The position numbers and the translations under genes were made by a program. 64,000 nucleotides of DNA from Candidatus Poribacteria bacterium (lineage in GTDB: Bacteria; Poribacteria; WGA-4E; PCPOR2b). Numbering within the stretch: position 1 is the first letter of the stretch; every line of letters starts with the position of its first letter. The DNA is taken from positions 3,840,001 to 3,904,000 of the forward strand of contig OZ242326.1 of assembly GCA_965208325.1 (NCBI GenBank), given 5' to 3'. The notes below the pieces were generated by a model that ran no database searches, was not told the origin of the DNA, and saw only the letters and a list, made by a program, of their open reading frames with translations. Positions 59,003 through 64,000 of this stretch are shown here, piece by piece.

Positions 59003-59986
59003 ATGAGGAAAACTCAATCAATAACGGACACCTCGCCGGAGCGTGCAAACGGCAAGAATGCAGAAAAACTCCGGTTCTGTGTCGTCGCCGATTGGCACGG
59101 TGCGCATGAACCGTTCGGCGAGTTAGCGCATCGTCTCATTGAAGAACGGCCTGAATTTGTCCTAGTTCCCGGCGATCTAGTTAATGCGAAAGGCGGAGAT
59201 CCTGCCCCTTGGGAACACTTCTTTGCAGGCATACGTCCCTTGCTTGACGCCGGCATCACGTATTATCCTGTACCCGGCAATCACGATTTCGATGGAGACA
59301 TCGCCGCCGCTCAACACGAGTGGATAAAAAGGTTTGACCTTCCGGACAATCAGTTCTTCTATTCCTTCGATTCCGGCCGCGCTCACTTCACGGGGTTGTG
59401 CGTCACGAAAGGGATGTTCATCCATGAATTCGACCTGTCCGACGGGCGTATATCGCAACGCAAATGGTTCGAGGGCGATTTAGAATCCTCGCGCCATGCG
59501 CGCTGGCGCTTCATCTTCCACCACGAGCCGGGCGCAGCGTTTTGCCGACTCAGTACCCCCAATGACGGCCTAGGACTCGCGGAGGTGTCCGAATCGGTCG
59601 AACCACTCGCATTCCGCGAAGGCGTGGATCTCATCTTTCGAGGCCATCAACACCTCTACGAGCGCACATATCCCGTCAATCCAATCGAAAAAGTGCGCGA
59701 CGACCGCCGCGGTGTTGTTCTCATTACCGTTGGCGGCGGCAACATCAATTACCGTCCGATAGACCCTGCGGACGCTGTCCCCAAATGGTTTGACGCTGTA
59801 ATCAGCGTACACCAGATGCACTACCTCACAATTCAGTTGACTGAAGACAGACTGGATGCCGAGGCGAAGAATCTTGCCGGGGAAGTGTTCGATCGATTCA
59901 CCATCCAAAAGTTTCCCGACGGATCACGAGAATGGGGTGGCCTCCCACCGACGCCCGTCTTCCTCGTCGAAAACCAACCGTGCTAA
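59003..59986 (+). CDS. Metallophosphoesterase (purple acid phosphatase-like)
   Basis: DWH, GDLV, GNHD, HH.P, GHQHLYER. Confidence 0.9.
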   Translation: MRKTQSITDTSPERANGKNAEKLRFCVVADWHGAHEPFGELAHRLIEERPEFVLVPGDLVNAKGGDPAPWEHFFAGIRPLLDAGITYYPVPGNHDFDGDIAAAQHEWIKRFDLPDNQFFYSFDSGRAHFTGLCVTKGMFIHEFDLSDGRISQRKWFEGDLESSRHARWRFIFHHEPGAAFCRLSTPNDGLGLAEVSESVEPLAFREGVDLIFRGHQHLYERTYPVNPIEKVRDDRRGVVLITVGGGNINYRPIDPADAVPKWFDAVISVHQMHYLTIQLTEDRLDAEAKNLAGEVFDRFTIQKFPDGSREWGGLPPTPVFLVENQPC

Positions 59987-60010
59987 CGAAATCGAGCACG
60001 AAGAGTAATT

Positions 60011-60724
60011 ATGCAAACTGGAACACGATCCGACACATCCGAACCCGCCGAATACGACGAGGCTGTCCGTCTTAATCCAAACTCTGCCGAAGCCTATTTT
60101 AACAGGGGAAAAGCGAGGGCTACCCAAGATCAAGAACCGTCCGCAATTTTGGATTATGATGAGGCACTCCGTCTCAACCCGAATTTCGCCGAAGCCTATT
60201 TCCATCGGGGTTGTCTGAAAGACTTCCTAGCACCACGCGAGTCTATTCTCGCGGTTAGCCGTGCGTCATTCCGTTGCGCGATTGCAGATTTTGACGAAGC
60301 CATACGACTAGGCCTTGAACTCTCCCTACTCTCTCACGCCTATTACAGACGAGGCCTAGCGAAATACAATTTGGACCAATATGAAGCCGCCATTCTCGAT
60401 TTTGATGCAGCTCTCAGTCTTGACCCAAGCGATTCCGAAAGTATCGACGGACGCAAGGACGCGGAAGGCACGCTAAATTTCTATGAGGGTGGGATTGCTC
60501 GTATGGATGGAAGGATTAAGCAGAATCCTGATGACATCAGAACCCTCAAGATCCGGGGCGAAACACAAGGCTTTTTAGGACGCATGCAGGAAGCGAAATC
60601 AGATTTTCAGATCATTCTAAAACTCACTATGGACACAGATGTAATAACAGAGATAGAACGGCACCTTCAAGAACTTGACAATCCCGACTATTGGCAGCAA
60701 TATAGCTGGCGGACCGAAGGTTAA
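60011..60724 (+). CDS. TPR-repeat protein
   Basis: Repeated A..LNP..AEAYF.RG. Confidence 0.9.
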   Translation: MQTGTRSDTSEPAEYDEAVRLNPNSAEAYFNRGKARATQDQEPSAILDYDEALRLNPNFAEAYFHRGCLKDFLAPRESILAVSRASFRCAIADFDEAIRLGLELSLLSHAYYRRGLAKYNLDQYEAAILDFDAALSLDPSDSESIDGRKDAEGTLNFYEGGIARMDGRIKQNPDDIRTLKIRGETQGFLGRMQEAKSDFQIILKLTMDTDVITEIERHLQELDNPDYWQQYSWRTEG

Positions 60725-60736
60725 ATATAGATTTTG

Positions 60737-60900
60737 TGGGGTGGGTAGAGCGATCAACCGAGTGAAAAAACGAGGAGGATAGTCTTTCGAAATCATTGTA
60801 GGTTGGGTTAAACGGGCTTGACTAAACAGTGTCGGTATGTCTGGAAGGATTGGTGGTTTGATGGCGATGAAAATTTTATTACCCGCAGCGTAACCCAACG
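60737..60900. repeat. REP cluster
   Basis: GGGTAGAGCGATCAACCG and GTAGGTTGGGTT...CGTAACCCAAC. Confidence 0.75.
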
Positions 60901-60965
60901 CTTTTTGTTAATTGGGGTGTGTATCGTTTAGCCGTGCCGGTTTCGGTATACGAAAATCTTTTGGC

Positions 60966-61754
60966 TTATGATTCCCAGACAAAAACTTGTTTCTCGTAAA
61001 TAATTTCAAACCCGTTGCGCTCCAGATTCCTCAGCGATGTTTTAAGCATGGTGAGGGTTTCACTGCAGGCGATTTGGCATCCGAGTTCAGCGGCTCGATT
61101 AAGGCGCGCCTTTATGAGCGCATTTTGCCCGCCCTTTCCTCGGTGCTCTTCAGACGTGGCTGCCCAGCCTAGGTAAGCGGTATTACCATGTATCCCTAGT
61201 ATCGCAGCGCTTACGGGAGCGTGGTTTTCATAAGCTAGAAAGTGTTCAAACTCAGACAGATTAACGCTATCAAAGAAGAACGAACAGTTCCAAGGATTGT
61301 AAATTTGTCTGATTGCATCGGCACGGTTTTCAATCTCTAGCCTAGGGACGCGCTCAACTCTGAGATTGGTGGCGTGCGGCGCTACCTCCTCGACAGGACG
61401 AATTAGCATGGGATACTGCGTACCTTGAAATGGCTTAAACCCTTTGTCTAGTAGCCACGTGACAATTTCATCTCGCTGGGGATTCGGGCTAACCCAGAAA
61501 AAGAATCGCTCAATCTGCGATTCTTCCATTGTGTTCAGGATCTTCAAGAAATCGGTCTGGGAAACCTCGGCACCGCACCCGAAATATTGTACGGCGTTGC
61601 CGTTGGCTGAAGGATACGGCGACGACGCTGAAGACGGATCAATTGTAACAATAGCGTTCCCAATATTACGACACCGATGGTTACGCGACCTCGAACATTG
61701 GATTTCTTTCCGTTTGAAGACCCTGAGTCTCTTGGCAATCTCATAAGTCGTCAT
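60966..61754 (-). CDS. GNAT-family N-acetyltransferase
   Basis: YLGWAAT.EEHRGKGGQNALI..R...A...G, S.RNLERNGF. Confidence 0.85.
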   Translation of the reverse strand: MTTYEIAKRLRVFKRKEIQCSRSRNHRCRNIGNAIVTIDPSSASSPYPSANGNAVQYFGCGAEVSQTDFLKILNTMEESQIERFFFWVSPNPQRDEIVTWLLDKGFKPFQGTQYPMLIRPVEEVAPHATNLRVERVPRLEIENRADAIRQIYNPWNCSFFFDSVNLSEFEHFLAYENHAPVSAAILGIHGNTAYLGWAATSEEHRGKGGQNALIKARLNRAAELGCQIACSETLTMLKTSLRNLERNGFEIIYEKQVFVWES

Positions 61755-62088
61755 TTTGTTTATCAATTGGGCTTTCAAAAGCCAACCGGTAACCATCGGG
61801 ATCTTTGAAATAAAAGACATCCATGTTATTTCCAACGAAGGTTTCGCCTACTTGAATGCCGCGCGCTTTAAATTCTCCGTGTGCCGCTTTAGCATCATCA
61901 CAAATAAAATATAGCGTAATCCCACCCCCAAGATTCGCGGGCGATTCGCCTTGAAATTTTTCCAGCATCAAAGCGCTATCGTCGCGTTGCAGCCAGCACC
62001 ACCGCAACTCGCCGTCCTTTACCCACTTGTGCCGCATTTCGAACCCGAGGCCATCAACGTAGAATGCGACCGACTTTGCCATGTCCAC
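61741..62088 (-). CDS. VOC/glyoxalase/bleomycin-resistance family protein (start may lie up to ~50 bp upstream)
   Basis: D.AKSVAFY...LGF, LYF..DD, F.DPDGY.L.F. Confidence 0.88.
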   Translation of the reverse strand: MDMAKSVAFYVDGLGFEMRHKWVKDGELRWCWLQRDDSALMLEKFQGESPANLGGGITLYFICDDAKAAHGEFKARGIQVGETFVGNNMDVFYFKDPDGYRLAFESPIDKQNDDL

Positions 62089-62255
62089 AGCGGTGAATAA
62101 GGGGACCGTCTGTGAAATACTGACCTTTGATGAATGCGTGATCTCTACTCCTAATGTGTTCTAGGTTATTGAGTTTCATTTGAATCAGTCGCGAATTGGC
62201 GCGCTTTTGCCCGAATCAGTAGCGCATGTGATACAGGTAAGACCAGCTTAATTGT

Positions 62256-62517
62256 TGTAGGTTGGGTTAAGCGGATTAGACGAAACAGTGTCGGTTTGTT
62301 AGAAAGGTTTGGTGGTTTGATTAAGTCAAAAAATCTTGTTATAGACAGCGTAACCCAACCTACAACCGACCCAATAGGGAGGGCGATTGTCTTCCTCTCC
62401 CAGTTTTTGAAAGGTCTGGTTTTGCTATTATAATTTTACCAAGTTCGTGGTTTTGTATTTATAGCTTTATTTTTCCTCAAATACGTAAATGATATTACCC
62501 ACTTAACCCAACCTACA
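62256..62517. repeat. REPIN-like unit
   Basis: TGTAGGTTGGGTTAAG ... CTTAACCCAACCTACA. Confidence 0.8.
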
Positions 62518-62544
62518 TTACTCAAGGTGTGTCTTGCGTAAAAA

Positions 62545-62856
62545 TCATTCGTCGCCTTCTTTATCGCGTTCTGGATTATCGACAAACCAACCACTGCGCC
62601 ATATTGATCGGATTTCTGCTTCGATGTTTTCTATACGAGATTCTACTGTGTCAATGCAATTGCTGACTTCCTTAATATCCTCTTTGGTAGCAAGAGGTTC
62701 AATTGCTTCCTTAATAGCTGCTTTGATGTCATCTTTGGTAGCTACTGTCAAAAGAATTTCACGGTGTTGTTGCGTAATTTGCAACGTAAGTTTCACGACC
62801 GTGAATATAATCCCAACCGAACCAAACGTGAAGACAATTAACATGGCAACTTCCAT
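62545..62856 (-). CDS. Small membrane-anchored coiled-coil protein with ATKxDI repeats
   Basis: GAGGGAG RBS; N-terminal transmembrane helix; ATKDDIK...ATKEDIK. Confidence 0.65.
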   Translation of the reverse strand: MEVAMLIVFTFGSVGIIFTVVKLTLQITQQHREILLTVATKDDIKAAIKEAIEPLATKEDIKEVSNCIDTVESRIENIEAEIRSIWRSGWFVDNPERDKEGDE

Positions 62857-63044
62857 TTTTTCTCCCTCGTAACCATATACAGTTGCGTAACCAAGGAAAA
62901 CAAACTTACCGGGACGATAACCACTATTATACTGTTATTAGGTGTGCCAGTGTCTCGTTAGAAATGCGCTCTTGGCAAAATCATTTACTATCCTCGTATA
63001 TCCAACCTCAGGACGATTTTAGCCTGTCACCAATCAGACCATCT

Positions 63045-64000
63045 TCAGAGTATATACTTACTCAAATCCTGATCCTTAACAACTTCCGCTAACTGGTTGC
63101 TGACATAATCCGCATCAATTTTAATATCTCTCTCCTCCATGCTTGGGGCGTTGAAAGACAGGTCATCAAACAGCCTTTCCATAATGGTATGTAAACGGCG
63201 TGCGCCAATGTCCTCAACCGACTCATTGACCTGAAACGCTAGTGCCGCGATTTCGTCAATCGCGTCTTCAGTGATACAAACCTCAACTTCCTCCGTTTTC
63301 AACATTGCGATGTATTGTTTCTCCAGTGCGTTTTTCGGCTCGGTGAGAATCCGTTTAAAGTCGTGCTGATCTAAACTTTTGAGTTCGACCCGAATCGGGA
63401 AACGTCCCTGCAGTTCCGGAATCAAATCCGACGGCTTGGATGCGTGAAAGGCACCCGCAGCGATGAATAATACGTGATCAGTGCGCACCATGCCGTACTT
63501 TGTCGCTATCGTACTTCCTTCAATTATCGGTAGGATGTCGCGTTGAACCCCTTCGCGTGAAACATCTGGTCCAGATTTCGATTCGCGTCCAGCAATTTTA
63601 TCAATCTCATCCAGAAAGACAATCCCCGAATTCTCGACTCGTCCGATAGCTTCCCCCACAACCTTATCCATATCAATCAGCTTTTCCGCTTCCTCCTGCA
63701 TAAGAATGTGGCGCGCTTCATCGACCGTTACGCGGCGTTTCTTCACCTTTTTGGGTAGAAAGCTGCCGAACATATCCTTAAAGTTGATGTCCATTTCTTC
63801 GATACCCGATGGAGAAAAAATTTCAATAAAGGGAACAGATTGGTTCTTCACGCTAATCTCTACCGGCTTATCTTCTAGTTTGCCGTCTCGAAGCATCTTT
63901 CGAAATTTCTCTCGCGTCCGCAAGTACCTAGTTTTCTCTTGTTCACTGACGGCCTCTTCTTGCTCCGGTTCAATCTCCTCGCTATCACCAAGTTCCAAGT
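63045..64000 (-). CDS. hslU: ATP-dependent protease ATPase subunit, 5' truncated by window edge
   Basis: [51 protein letters not shown]. Confidence 0.97.
   Translation of the reverse strand, partial: LELGDSEEIEPEQEEAVSEQEKTRYLRTREKFRKMLRDGKLEDKPVEISVKNQSVPFIEIFSPSGIEEMDINFKDMFGSFLPKKVKKRRVTVDEARHILMQEEAEKLIDMDKVVGEAIGRVENSGIVFLDEIDKIAGRESKSGPDVSREGVQRDILPIIEGSTIATKYGMVRTDHVLFIAAGAFHASKPSDLIPELQGRFPIRVELKSLDQHDFKRILTEPKNALEKQYIAMLKTEEVEVCITEDAIDEIAALAFQVNESVEDIGARRLHTIMERLFDDLSFNAPSMEERDIKIDADYVSNQLAEVVKDQDLSKYIL

Overview
Bacterial chromosomal window. Candidatus Poribacteria is my inference, from proteins ending in the 'TTMWGKLK' C-terminal motif, a PhyH dioxygenase and very dense REP-type repeats. 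Housekeeping blocks: purM, bioA, glpD, mnmG-rsmG, tRNA-Leu(CAA), a YgfZ/GcvT-like gene, hisC, ylxM-ffh-rpsP-khpA-ylqD-trmD-rplS (no rimM) and hslU. They flank an accessory zone (~12.8-29.4 kb) with REPIN-like repeats, IS5-like MITEs, duplicated genes, decayed toxin-antitoxin modules and an orphan type I HsdR. The top finding is a ~2.0 kb element (14607-16605) with two tandem DUF1670-family genes and no recognisable transposase. It has 13-bp perfect sub-terminal inverted repeats and splits a REP-like hairpin whose intact copies lie nearby, so it is a candidate new class of mobile element, possibly driven by a divergent tyrosine-recombinase-like pair. Other oddities: a ferredoxin-membrane-Hsp20-like fusion, a degenerate AccD-like protein inside a partner-switching operon, a giant SprA-like outer-membrane protein, a REP translated in frame within HsdR, and an orphan FliG-like protein. 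Several single-base frameshifts in short homopolymers may be assembly errors. All family calls come from motif recognition; no database searches were run.
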